Below are positions 9,636-20,614 of a stretch of DNA of 40,000 bases, one piece after another. Source of the DNA: Candidatus Gracilibacteria bacterium GN02-873 (GTDB taxonomy: Bacteria > Patescibacteriota > Gracilibacteria > BD1-5 > UBA2023); contig MORC01000001.1 of NCBI GenBank assembly GCA_003260345.1, positions 485,895 through 525,894 of the forward strand, given 5' to 3'. Within the stretch, counting starts at the first letter, position 1. Each line of letters starts with the position of its first letter. The position numbers and the translations under genes were made by a program. Under the pieces are notes generated by a model, which saw only the letters and a program-made list of their open reading frames with translations, searched no databases and had not been told where the DNA came from.

Positions 9636-9660
9636 AAGCAAAAATCCGCCAAATGGCGGA
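9636..9660 (-). terminator. rho-independent terminator
   Basis: On the minus strand tccgcc-attt-ggcgga is followed by ttttt, 17 nt after the TAA at 9678-80. Confidence 0.6.
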
Positions 9661-9677
9661 ATACAACGGAATGAATA

Positions 9678-10157
9678 TTATCGAGTATGAAGCGTAGCAA
9701 GAATAGTTTTGGCTGAAGGAGAATCCAAATCTCCCTCAATAACAGCAATTCCACGAGAAAGTCGCGAATATGCACGAGGTTGATTAGAATGATGTTTTGC
9801 TTCTACTTCGTCGATATTTCCACTCAAATAAAAGGAAACTCGAACACGAGCATCTTCAAAAATTACTCATTCCTGCGGATCCACCGCCACTACTTCCCCA
9901 CCAGAAAACGCTTGATTTTGGTATTTGTCTTCATTCTCACCACGAAAACCAAACCCTATCCCTTCATTCCAGTACGATACCTGTTGCACGTCACCAATTG
10001 GCGGAGTTGCGGGAACTTGTGCCGCCAATTCCCCTCCCCCAAAGAGATTTCGTGAGAGGTATAGAATTGAGAGAATACCGAGCGTCGTCAGCGCCTGAAT
10101 CCATTGAGCTGCCGTTCGAAAACGGTTTTTATGTCCAAAAGAATTTCTGTTACTCAT
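9678..10157 (-). CDS. hypothetical membrane-anchored protein
   Basis: Track ORF 9867-10157 continues in frame past the TGA at 9867-69 to the TAA at 9678-80, giving 159 aa. The N-terminal region has one hydrophobic helix (AAQWIQALTTLGILSILYL). I recognise no family. Confidence 0.55.
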
Positions 10158-10356
10158 AATATAAAAACCTTAACAAAAGAACAAACATACTTTAACATAC
10201 TTTTTTTAATTTGTCAATATTATTGCAACAAATTTTTAAAATGTCAAATAGTTGATTTTTCATTATATTTAAAGGAAAAAATGATTTTATGAGAAATGTT
10301 TTTGTAAAAATGAAAAAGTTTTTATACTAAAATATATTTATCAATGTTTTATTGAA

Positions 10357-11064
10357 ATGATACAAAAATCAAAAATAATTTTTCTTATTGCACCAAGCGA
10401 AAGTAAAAATACCCAAAACGAAAAAAATCTTCCAGAAAACTTGAGTTTTACTTTCATAAAGCCAAAAGAAATTGCTGAAAATGCCACAGAAAAAGACCTC
10501 AAATGTTCTGGAAAACGTTATGATGAGGCCATGATATTGAATTTAACAAATGGAAATTCTCCCGTTCTAGAAGCCATTTTTCGATATAATGGTGTGCAAT
10601 TTAAACATTTGGATTATGAAAATCTGAGTGAAAAATGACAGCATTTTTTTGATGAAAATGTTTTGATTTTATCAGGAATGTACGGGATTGTTCGCCCTAA
10701 AGACCTGATTGGTAACTATAAACTACCGATTGAAGTTCGTGGATTGTATGATTTTTGGGGAAACAAAATCGCGAAAAGAATCATCGCAGAAAATCCTGAT
10801 TATATCATAAATCTTCTGCCGAAATCCTATGAAAAATTATTAAAAATTCGCGAAAACCTCGGACAACTCAAAGAGAGAAATATTAAAATCCTCAATATGA
10901 TTTTTGTATCGAAAAATGGTGAAAAATTCTCACACAATACCAAAGTTTTGCGCGGAAAATTTTTGAAAAATGTAGTCGAAAATATGCGAGAAAATTTTCT
11001 AGAATCCATTCAATTTGAAGATAATGGCGAAATTATTCGGGAAATTTCGATTTTAGTAGAATAA
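10357..11064 (+). CDS. yaaA: YaaA / DUF328 (peroxide-stress protein family)
   Basis: Track ORFs 10357-10638 and 10663-11064 join across the TGA at 10636-38. IFLIAPSESKN...LILSGMYGIVRPKDLIGNYKLPI resembles the family motif LSGLYG..RP.D.I..YRL. Confidence 0.7.
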
Positions 11065-11120
11065 TTTTGAAAAAAATTTTTATTTTTCGTAAAAATGAGT
11101 ATTATACGCGAAAATTTTCT

Positions 11121-12641
11121 ATGTCTCTCCATCTTTATAATACACTGAATCGTGAAAAAGAGCGATTCAAGCCACTTCGTCAGGATGAAGTGAAGGTTTA
11201 TTTTTGTGGGCCAACGCCTTACAATTATGCGCATATCGGAAATCTTCGAGCCTATTTATTCGAGGATATTGTGATTCGTACGCTCAAATTTCTGGGATAT
11301 CGCGTCAAAACCGTAATGAATGTGACGGATATCGACGATAAAACTATTCGTGATAGTCAAAAATCAGGAAAAACCCTCAAAGAATTTACCGAATTTTATA
11401 CAACAGAATTTTTGAAAGATTTGGATCGTCTGGGAATTCAACGAGCAGACACGATCGCACCGATCTCTACGCTGATTGACGAAATGCGAGTAATGATTCA
11501 AGGTCTTCTGGATCGGGATTTTGCATATATTGCAGACGACGGAAGTGTGTATTATCGCGTAGAAAAATTTAAAAATTACGGAAAATTGGCGAATCTTGAT
11601 ACCAAAGGTATGATTTCGAGCGTTCGTATCAATAATGACGAATACGATAAAGATCAAATCGCGGATTTTGCTCTTTGGAAAGCATACAATAGCGAGGCTG
11701 ATGGGGAAAATTTTTGGGAAATTGAAGTTTTTGAAAAAAATGGTAACGAAAAAATTTCAAAAATTCTGAAGGGGCGCCCAGGTTGGCATATTGAATGTAG
11801 TGCGTGTAATTACAAATTTTTTGGCGAGCAAATCGACATTCATATGGGCGGGATTGACAATCTTTTTCCGCATCACCAAAATGAAGTTGCGCAAACTGAG
11901 GCTTTCACTGGTAAACAATTTTCCAAATATTGGCTTCATGGTGGACATTTGTTGGTGGATAACAAAAAAATGTCAAAATCTGCTGGCAATTTTTATACAC
12001 TTCGTGACATCATCGAAAAATGGAGTGAAAAATTTGATGAAAAAATCGTTTGCCGTGCAATGCGATTAATGAATCTCCAAAATCGATATCGCGAAAATTT
12101 TAATTTTACCAATGATCGCCTCGAATCCGCGATAAATACGATAAAATGAATGGATGAAATGATGAAGCGTCTCGGTTTTTCGATGCAAGGTGAGGAAGAA
12201 AATACGGAGCGAACGGCGCGTGGAAAGCTGAAATTTCACGATATTACACGCGAATTTCGAGATAATATTCAGGGATTGATGCAAGATTTTGTAGCTTTTT
12301 TGGAAGATGATTTTTCTACTCCTGAAGCCCTTGCGGTCGTTTTTGAAATGCATTCTTGGATCAATTCTGGAATTGATGAAAATATTTTTTCTCTCGAAGA
12401 AAAAAAGGCATTGGTCGGCCTTATGAAAACGTGGGACGAAGTGCTTGGGATTTATGATTTTTCCCTTCTGGATGGAGAAAATGACATTCCAGAAAATATT
12501 AAAAAATTGGCGGAAGCACGCAAAATGGCAAAAGATCTCAAAAATTGGTCAGAAGCTGATAAAATTCGCGATGAAATCACAAATCTCGGCTACAAAATGA
12601 TCGATGAAAAAGACGGGAAATTCCGAATTGAAAAAATATAA
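11121..12641 (+). CDS. cysS: cysteinyl-tRNA synthetase
   Basis: Track ORFs 11067-12149 and 12150-12641 join across the TGA at 12147-49. Start taken at ATG 11121 (MSLHLYNTLNREKERF). HIGN (YAHIGNLRAY) and KMSKS (NKKMSKSAGNF) motifs and WHIECSA are present. Confidence 0.9.
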
Positions 12642-12664
12642 AATCCCAATTTTGGGATTTTTTT
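12641..12664 (+). terminator. rho-independent terminator of cysS
   Basis: aaatccca-attt-tgggattt is followed by tttt and starts at the stop codon. Confidence 0.6.
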
Positions 12665-12785
12665 GTAGGGAAAATCGGAAAAAATATCTTTGTGAGAAAA
12701 ATCATCAAACAATCCGTAAAAAAAGCAAAAATAAAATGGATTTTTTAAAAATTTTCGTTACAATGGCTCAAAATAATTTTTCTCT

Positions 12786-14519
12786 ATGCAATCAGTTCAA
12801 TCAGCTCTTCAAGAAATTTTTTCAAAACTATACAATCTCCATCCAACTTTTGAAATCACAGCCGCACCAAAACCAGAATTTGGTGAATTTTGTATCAATG
12901 TTTTTCCTTTTACAAAAGTACTCTCGAAAGCTCCAAACGAAATTTCAGAAGAAGTGGCATGCGAACTTGAAGATTTTTCCGAAAGTATCAAAAAAGCGAC
13001 AGCCACTGGTGGATATGTGAATTTTTTCTTGACAGACGCATACTGGCAAGAAATTTTTAGCAATATTGTGTCAGCGGAAAAACCAGCCCCCAAAAATGAA
13101 ACCGTTGTAGTAGATTACATCGGAATGAATGTTGGAAAACCACCGCACATCGGCCACATTTGTACGCCACTTTTGGGGCAAGCGATTATCAATACGCTTC
13201 GTTATGCGGGTTATACAGTGATTGGTGATTCGCACCTCGGAGATTGGGGATCACTTTTTGGAAAATTGATTGTAGGATTTCAAAAATATGGAAACGCTCA
13301 GAAACTTCAAGATGATGCTATTTCTCATCTTTTGGAAGTCTATGTGGCCATCAATGCTGACATAGAAACCGATGAATCTGTAGAACAAGCATGTCGCGAT
13401 GCTTTCAAAAAATTGAGTGAAGGCGACGCGGAATATGTGAAAATTTGGGCAGATTTCACCACGGCGACTATTTCTACCAACAAAAAAATCCTCAAACTTA
13501 TGCATATTCATCAGGATTTTGATATTGGAGAAAGCTTTTATGAAGGGCTTAATTTACCAAAAATCGGAACACATCCAGATTTGCAATACGATATGAACTC
13601 GATTGTGGAAGAACTTTTGGAGAAAAAAATTGCTACACAAAATGATGATGGCTCTGTGGGCGTGATCTTCCCAGAAGAAACAAAAATGCCGTCAACCATT
13701 CTTCGAAAAAAAGATGGAACCAACCTTTATCTGACGAGCGACCTGGCAACCATCAAATATCGCATGACAAACGGCTGGAATCCGACAAAAATTCTTTATT
13801 TTGTGGATGTTCGTCAATCATTGCATTTGAAGCAAGTTTTTTGGGTTGCGAAGCATGCTTGGAATATCGATCATGTAGAGCTTTTTCATGCTGCAAACGG
13901 CGCTATCGTGCTTCCAGAAGGCGCGATGAGTACGCGAAAAGGAAATATTATTCGCCTCGATGCGCTTGTTGAGGAGGGATTTTCTCGTGTTAAAAAAGTG
14001 CTCGAAGAAAAAGGTCGAACTGGCGAGAATTCCCTTTCTGATAAGGATATCACAGAAATCACGATTGGTGCCATCAAATACTCATATCTTTCACAAGATC
14101 GTGAGCGTGATGTAGTTTTTACTTGGGATAAAGCGCTCAATTTTGAGGGAAATTCTGGTCCATATATTCAATATGCGTATGTTCGCGCCAAAAAAATTGG
14201 ACAAAATGTTGATTTGCCAACATTTGAACAAAATCCAAATCTCGAACTTTCTGCGAATGATAAATTACTCATCGCAAAAATTCGTGAATTTCCAAAAAAA
14301 GTGAACGAAACTCTCGCAAAATACAAACCACACATTCTCGCGAATTATGCGTACGATGTAGCGGTTGCTTTCAATAGTTTTTATGTTCATACGCCAAAAA
14401 TCTTGGAAGAAAAAAATAAAAACCTCAAATTTTTCCGTCTCCATTTGGTAGCAAAAACCGCCGAAATCCTCAAAAAAACATTTGAACTTCTTGGTATCGA
14501 AATGCCGAGTGAAATGTAA
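12786..14519 (+). CDS. argS: arginyl-tRNA synthetase
   Basis: Uninterrupted 577-aa ORF with a class I HIGH motif (PPHIGHICTP) and the DALR-type anticodon-binding C-terminus ending ...GIEMPSEM. It contains no in-frame TGA. Confidence 0.9.
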   Translation: MQSVQSALQEIFSKLYNLHPTFEITAAPKPEFGEFCINVFPFTKVLSKAPNEISEEVACELEDFSESIKKATATGGYVNFFLTDAYWQEIFSNIVSAEKPAPKNETVVVDYIGMNVGKPPHIGHICTPLLGQAIINTLRYAGYTVIGDSHLGDWGSLFGKLIVGFQKYGNAQKLQDDAISHLLEVYVAINADIETDESVEQACRDAFKKLSEGDAEYVKIWADFTTATISTNKKILKLMHIHQDFDIGESFYEGLNLPKIGTHPDLQYDMNSIVEELLEKKIATQNDDGSVGVIFPEETKMPSTILRKKDGTNLYLTSDLATIKYRMTNGWNPTKILYFVDVRQSLHLKQVFWVAKHAWNIDHVELFHAANGAIVLPEGAMSTRKGNIIRLDALVEEGFSRVKKVLEEKGRTGENSLSDKDITEITIGAIKYSYLSQDRERDVVFTWDKALNFEGNSGPYIQYAYVRAKKIGQNVDLPTFEQNPNLELSANDKLLIAKIREFPKKVNETLAKYKPHILANYAYDVAVAFNSFYVHTPKILEEKNKNLKFFRLHLVAKTAEILKKTFELLGIEMPSEM

Positions 14520-14527
14520 TTTCCCTT

Positions 14528-16570
14528 ATGATCAAAAAAATTTTTTTCATTCTCGCGACTTGGATTTTTCTTTTTTCCACGAATGTTTTGGCTCAAAATT
14601 CACTTCCATTCACGGATATTGGAGAAAATTCGCCATATTTTTCTGCGGTCAAAAATCTCTACGATGCGCGCGTAATTTCTGACGATGGAAGTCATTTATT
14701 TCATCCAGAATCACCAATGAATCGTGATTTTTTCGTATCGCTCGCGGTGCAAATTGGTTGTAAAAAATGTCTCACACCAACGCTTGATGACCTTATAAAA
14801 TACCAAAATTCGCCATTCGTGGATTTGCCGAAGACGAACGAATTTTATTATTGTATTGCGCACGCGGAAAATGAAAAAATTGCACAGGGATACATTCCAG
14901 ATGCTTCTGGGAAAGTAAGCTGTGAAAACGGCCAACAATACCAATCCAACCCTTTTTGTGCCGACAATTCTATCACACGAATTGAAGCGGCTGCGATGCT
15001 TTTGCGACGCGCAAATCTCTGGAATGATAGCCTGAATTCTGGAAATTTTGACCGATCAGAAAATATTTCTGATGCGGATAATTATTGGTATGGATATGCC
15101 AAAAAGGCCTTGGAAATCGGAATTTTGACAAAAAATTCTGACAATTCTGTCAAACCAAATAAAAAAATCACACGCGGAGAATTTGCAAAAATGGCATCTG
15201 TAATTTTGGAATATTCGCAGTGTAATACAACAAGTGATGATAATTCAGAGGCATCTTTTATTGAAATTCACGACAAAAATAACACCCCAACGGACCGGAC
15301 GATTTTTGAGGAGAGAGAGAAATTTACATTTGTGCCACGCATGGAAGGCGGAAATCATAAGCATTCCTGGACGGCGCACGATGGCAATGGGCGGACTATC
15401 ACGAGTGATGATACTATTTTTGATGGTTCAAAATTGCCGCCTGGAAAATGGTTTATTGAAGACAAAATTACTGATCCAAGTTCTGGAAAAATTGTTTCAA
15501 GACCAAGCGTAACGATTACTGTAATGCCAAAAAATCCGAGCGAAATCACGAAAAATAACCCCTCAGATAACGATACTGATGGCGACGGTGTGAAAAATTC
15601 TGACGACAAATGTCCGACGATTCCTGGATCCATAAGTAACGAGGGTTGTCCTTTTGCAAAAGAAAAAATTGGCGTTTCGATTACAGGAAATCCAATTGTA
15701 ACACATATTGATAATCCTATTACTTTCACTCCAAAAATCACGGGCACAACGGAAAATAATCTTCACTATCGATGGGATTTTGGCAATGGAAATTCAAGCA
15801 ATAATTCTGGAACTCAGACCCATTCATACGGAAAATCTGGAACATATACCATAACGCTGACTGTAACGAATCCAAAAACGGGCGAAACTGGACAATCTAC
15901 GATGATTATCAGAATTACGGATAACAAAGATACTGATGGCGATGGAATTTTTGATCACGAAGACAAATGCCCGCTCGTTCGTGGAACACGCGCCAATCAA
16001 GGCTGTCCAGATGTTACAGCACCAGATTATGGTTGTACAATTCGTGGCGTGTATAATGGGAATGCTGATTGCAACAATCAAACCCTCGATCGCGATGGAG
16101 ATGGAGTCAATGATTCTGAGGATCAATGTCCTGATATTCCTGGCTCAAAAAATAATCATGGTTGTCCAGAAAATCCTGATGGAGACGATGATAATGATGG
16201 CACCAAAAATTCATCTGATCGGTGCCCAAAGATTCCTGGTCCAGCAGAAAATTTTGGTTGTCCACGTGATACTGATGGCGACAAAGTTCCAGATATTTCT
16301 GACAAATGTCCAGCCGTTCGTGGTCTTCCAGAGTGGCAAGGCTGTCCGCACCCAGATCTTTATAATAACATTTCGCAAAATGTTTGTCTGCTTGAAAAAC
16401 TCAATAATCAAGGACTTATCACGGGAGTTCCTGCTTGTAACTCGTGCCCATGCGTAAATAATATTACTATCACAAGCCATATACGTGATTGTGATGTACT
16501 ATTTCCATCCATTCTGTCGCCTGACAAAAATACGATTTATTCGCGTTGAAATTTTTATCTTATCCAATAA
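14528..16570 (+). CDS. secreted SLH / PKD / thrombospondin-type-3-repeat surface protein
   Basis: Track ORF 14528-16549 reads through the TGA at 16547-49 to the TAA at 16568-70. It has a signal peptide (IFFILATWIFLFSTNVLAQN), SLH-like N-terminal repeats and a PKD-like segment (HYRWDFGNGN...GTYTITLTVTN). Five D.DGD...D.CP..G calcium-binding TSP3-type repeats follow. Confidence 0.75.
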
Positions 16571-17283
16571 TGCGCATTCATTTTCGTAGTCGATTTTCTC
16601 GAACAAAAATCCCATGACATTCCCTTCAGAAAAATAAAAATCTTGGAACTGATTGGGAAGGAATCCGTACGTACGCTCCAACGGGCGATGCACGGCATAT
16701 TGTCTGGAAAAAATCGAGCGAGCCACAATGATATTTTGAAAAAACTTTTGAGGAAAATTCAGGAATTTCACTGCTTTTTGTTAATATTCATGACGATTCG
16801 GATTTTTTCGATGATGGAAAATCTCCAACACGACACGATTGGAAAAAGAAAAATTTGGCAATTTTAGTCAATAATGCGCGTTCCGCTAATATTTCGCACC
16901 AAATTCTGGAATTTCATTCTTGGAAAGAGTTTTTGCAATTTACCCTCAAAAATCAATTCAATCACTATTTGATTATACTTTTTGCAAATACACCTCTCGA
17001 TTTTCAAGAAAAAAATTTTGCTAAAATTGCGAGCCTCAACGAAATTATTTGGCTTTGGTGTTATCATACTTTTGAGAAAAATCCCCACGAAAATACCATT
17101 TTTGATGGGAAAATTTTTCCAAAAAAAGCGGCTCAAAAATACCTGACCGCCATGGCAGAACAAGAAAAATTTCACGAAAAGATCCTCACGAAGCATCGAA
17201 GTTTTTTTCTCACAACAGACACAAGTCATTCAGTAGAGCGCGTTCTCAATCATTTTTTCAAATATCAGTATGTTCAAAAATAA
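16570..17283 (+). CDS. DUF58 family protein
   Basis: The ATG at 16570-72 overlaps the upstream TAA (TAATG). The frame joins to track ORF 16855-17283 across TGA at 16615-17 and 16720-22. G-HSLQKNKNLGTDWEGIRTYAPTGDARHIVWKKSS fits the DUF58 core (G...S...G.G.EF...R.Y..GD..R.I.W). Confidence 0.6.
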
Positions 17284-18403
17284 TTCCAAAAACCTCTACA
17301 CTGCCCTCCTACATCGCATTGGTTGTACGCATCGCGATCTCAAAACAATGATTCTGGAACGACAATTTTCACCAGAAAATATTTATGACGAACTGCAAAA
17401 TGCTTCACAAAAAATGCTCGTTCTTCTGGGTGAGAAAAAATTTAAAAAAATCTTGCAAAATCTCAAAAAAGTTGATCCAGAAAAATTTTTCCAATATATT
17501 GACGAGAAAAATATTCGCATCAAAACACTTCTCGACGAAGATTTTCCTGAAAAGATCAGACACATTCATCAAATTCCTTTTATTATTTATACCCTATGAA
17601 GTATCGATATTGAGGCTATTAGCATAGGAATCGTGTGAAGTCGAAAAAATACTGAATATGGAAAAAATGTTTTGAGAAAAATTTTTAGTGAAATTCCATA
17701 TCAAAATGTGAGTATCATTAGCGGTGGCGCATATGGCATTGATAGTCTGGCACATGAATTGGCGTTGCAACACCATCTTCATACTATCGCGGTTTTTGGC
17801 TGTGGCATTGATATAGTGTACCCAAAGATCAATGCCAAATTGTTTGAAAAAATTCTCGAATCATGAGGATGACTCTTGTCGTCATTCCCTATTGGATCAG
17901 CTCCAGAATCGTATAATTTTCCTATTCGAAATGAAATTGTCGCAGGACTTTCTGATTCTATTCTCATTCCTGAAGCTGGAATTAAAAGCGGTACTCTCAT
18001 TACTGCGAGTCTCGCGCTTGACCTTGGAAAGGATGTTTTTGCGGTTCCGTGAGATATTTTTCGTGAAACCAGCCAAGGTTGCAATCAGCTCATCAGCACT
18101 GGTGAGGCAAAATGTACTATTTCAGCAAGCGATATTTTCGAAGAATTTCAGCCACAAATTTCTAAAAATCTTCAACAAAATTTTTTGGAAACAAACAATA
18201 TCGACGCTCCTCTCAAAAAAAATTTTCATTCTGAATTAGGAGAAATGATTTTTAATACTATTATGAATGGAAATAATACTATTGATAGCATTATTTCTGC
18301 CACAAATATTCCTGTCGAAAACCTTACCATTGAGCTAACAATGCTCGAATTGGACGGGCATATTTCAGTAAGTCCGACGGGTATTTATGAATATAATTTT
18401 TAA
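17270..18403 (+). CDS. dprA: DNA processing protein DprA
   Basis: Track ORFs 17270-17599, 17672-17866 and 18185-18403 plus intervening sequence form one frame across TGA at 17597, 17636, 17864, 17870 and 18050. The product reads IV-G-SRKNTEYG, ISGGAYGIDSLAHELAL, ES-G-G-G-LLSSFP, FPIRNEIVAGLS, AVP-G-D. Confidence 0.88.
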
Positions 18404-18406
18404 ACT

Positions 18407-18892
18407 ATGAAAAATCTTCCTTTGGTAGTTCGCGCTTTTTTGTTCAATACAGATGGGCAAATTCTATTGACGCAACATAAGCCAAATACGCCTTGGGTAC
18501 TACCGGGCGGCCATGTTGAAGAAAATGAAAACATCCATACAGCGATGCTTCGTGAAATTCATGAAGAATTCGGGATTTCTGCAAGTTTTTTCGAGATTGA
18601 TTCTGAAGAAAATTTACATCACCAATGAAAAAAATTGAAGCATTTTCCGCTACCGATTTCGATTTATGAATTGTCATACAAAAACGCAGAATGAAAGGAT
18701 AAATCTCGAGTGGAATATATTTTTTTGATGGAAACCACTGAGAAAATCTCCGAAACTCAGACAGAAGAAATCTATGATTACAAATGGTTTGATCCTGACG
18801 AAATCCTTGCTATGAAGCCAAATATCGAAGCTTGGGATTTTATGATTGAAATGCTTGAAAAAATCATTGGTATCGGTGAAGATAACGCATAA
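18407..18892 (+). CDS. Nudix hydrolase
   Basis: Track ORFs 18407-18628 and 18710-18892 join across two TGA. The Nudix box GGHVEENENIHTAMLREIHEEFGI (G.5E.7REU.EE.GU) is present. Confidence 0.85.
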
Positions 18893-18895
18893 ATT

Positions 18896-19897
18896 ATGGA
18901 AAAAATCTTAAATGAACTCGAGAAATTTGAAAAAATTATTCTCGTTGGTGGTGGGACAGGCTGACACATTTCCCCGATTATTGCTCTTCACTCAATGCTC
19001 ATCAAAAAATTTTCATCTCAAAAATTTTTATGGGTTGGCGGAAAAAATAGCGAAGAAAAAAAAGAGGCCAATAAAGCTAATATTCCATTCGCAGGAATTC
19101 CTATTCTCAAACTTACAACAACTCGATCGTCAAAAATCCTTTTGTATCCATTTTTTCTTTTAAAAAGCATTTTTTCTGCCTATAAAATTCTCAAATCCGA
19201 ACAACAAAATACTCCAAAAATCGCAATTTTTTCAAAAGGTGGACCAGGAGCGTTGGCGATTGGACTTGCTGGAAAAATACTCAATATTCCTGTTTATATA
19301 CACGAATCTGACACAATTCCTGGGCGATCCAATCTTCAAATGGCAAAAATTTCTGAAAAAATTTTTCTTGGATTTGAGTCTGCCAAGCAATTTTTTTCAA
19401 AATATCCTTGTGAGGTTGTCGGGCAAATTTTGGATCCAAAAATTTTTGAACAAAATCCAAATCAGCAAATTTTCTGGAAAACTTCCAAAAAACACATTCT
19501 TGTGATTTGCTGATCTCAATGAGCAAAAAGCGTTTTTGAACAAATCTCAAATTCCTGCCAAAATATTGATGCAGAGTGGATTGTTATCCTTGGAAAACTC
19601 AATGCCGATATGCGTAAGAATTTTGAAAATTTTGATCATATTCAAGTGTTAAATTGGCTCGAAAAATCAGAACAAAATCATATTTTTTCCGAGACAGATA
19701 TCGCTATCACTCGCGGAAGTGCCACTACGCTCGCAGAACTGGATTTTTTTCACATTCAAAAAATAATCATTCCTCTGCCTTCTGCCGCCAAAAATCATCA
19801 ATTTTTTAACGCCAAGGAATATGGGTCTCACGGTGATGTTTTATTAGAACAAAAAAACCTCTCATCACTTCGAAAAACTATTGAATCTTTTTTGTAA
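18896..19897 (+). CDS. murG: UDP-N-acetylglucosamine--LPS/lipid I N-acetylglucosamine transferase MurG
   Basis: The ATG at 18896 and track ORFs 18995-19513 and 19610-19897 form one frame across TGA at 18962, 19511 and 19520. The product reads LVGGGTG-G-HISP, IHESDTIPGRSN, VIC-G-SQ-G-A, ITRGSATTLAEL. Confidence 0.88.
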
Positions 19898-19921
19898 AAA
19901 ATTCCCCAAAGTGGGGATTTT
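19898..19921. terminator. bidirectional hairpin terminator (murG / mtnN)
   Basis: aaaaat-tcccca-aag-tgggga-ttt lies between convergent genes. Confidence 0.55.
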
Positions 19922-20609
19922 ATATTGTTTTTAGAATTGCCTCCAATACATCAACACTATTATTCATAGCAAACTCAAGGTTATTCATATGATCTTCCTT
20001 GGCTTCATTATCGGCACCATCGGATACAGCCTTGATAAAAATACAGCGATTTAAAATATTGTATTCGCGCGCCACTGACGCGATAGCAAAAGCCTCCATC
20101 TCACAAACATCCGCCTCAAATTGTTCACGAAGTGAAGCAATTTTTTGCAAATTATCCACAAACTCATCAGCAGTTGCACATACCCCTCCATGTATAACAG
20201 AAAATCTATCAAACGAATTTTCTATTTCTGGTGGAGCAATACTAATAGGCTTTTTTGCATAATCAAGATGCGCACCATCAAATGGCAAATACATATCATG
20301 CTGCACAATTTCTGTCGGCAATACCACGTCACCAATAGTCAGACGCGAAATAGTCGTATTTCCTGCAATGCCAATGTTGATGATTTTATCTGGATTTTTA
20401 TAATTTTCGAGCAAAAAAGCAGTCGCCATCGCTGCCTGAATTTTCCCAATACCACCCAACACTAAAATAATTTTCAAAGGATTTTTTGATACAAATTCTC
20501 CTTCAAATACAGAAATATTTGTCAGGTTTTTTGTCTTTACGAGCGAAAAACGAGAGACGATAATTTCAGCTTCTTCCCGCATCGCTGTGATAATTGCAAT
20601 AGTTTTCAT
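19920..20609 (-). CDS. mtnN: 5'-methylthioadenosine / S-adenosylhomocysteine nucleosidase
   Basis: Uninterrupted 229-aa ORF. IAIITAMREEA, GGIGKIQAAMAT, GIAG and CEMEAFAIA are MtnN/Pfs family motifs. Confidence 0.88.
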   Translation of the reverse strand: MKTIAIITAMREEAEIIVSRFSLVKTKNLTNISVFEGEFVSKNPLKIILVLGGIGKIQAAMATAFLLENYKNPDKIINIGIAGNTTISRLTIGDVVLPTEIVQHDMYLPFDGAHLDYAKKPISIAPPEIENSFDRFSVIHGGVCATADEFVDNLQKIASLREQFEADVCEMEAFAIASVAREYNILNRCIFIKAVSDGADNEAKEDHMNNLEFAMNNSVDVLEAILKTI

Positions 20610-20614
20610 AAATA

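Noticed and set aside
9548-9775. Track ORF 9548-9775 (75 aa, minus strand).
   Set aside because: It is in a different frame from, and overlaps, the read-through 3' end of the 9678-10157 gene and its terminator. Its product is low-complexity.
12604-13020. Track ORF 12604-13020 spanning the cysS-argS spacer.
   Set aside because: It runs through the cysS terminator and overlaps the argS start in another frame. Its product is K/N/F-rich with no motifs.
15355-16480. Several 90-170-aa ORFs antisense to, or out of frame within, the TSP3-repeat surface gene.
   Set aside because: They are explained by the repetitive D/G/N-rich coding sequence of the plus-strand gene, and none has independent support.
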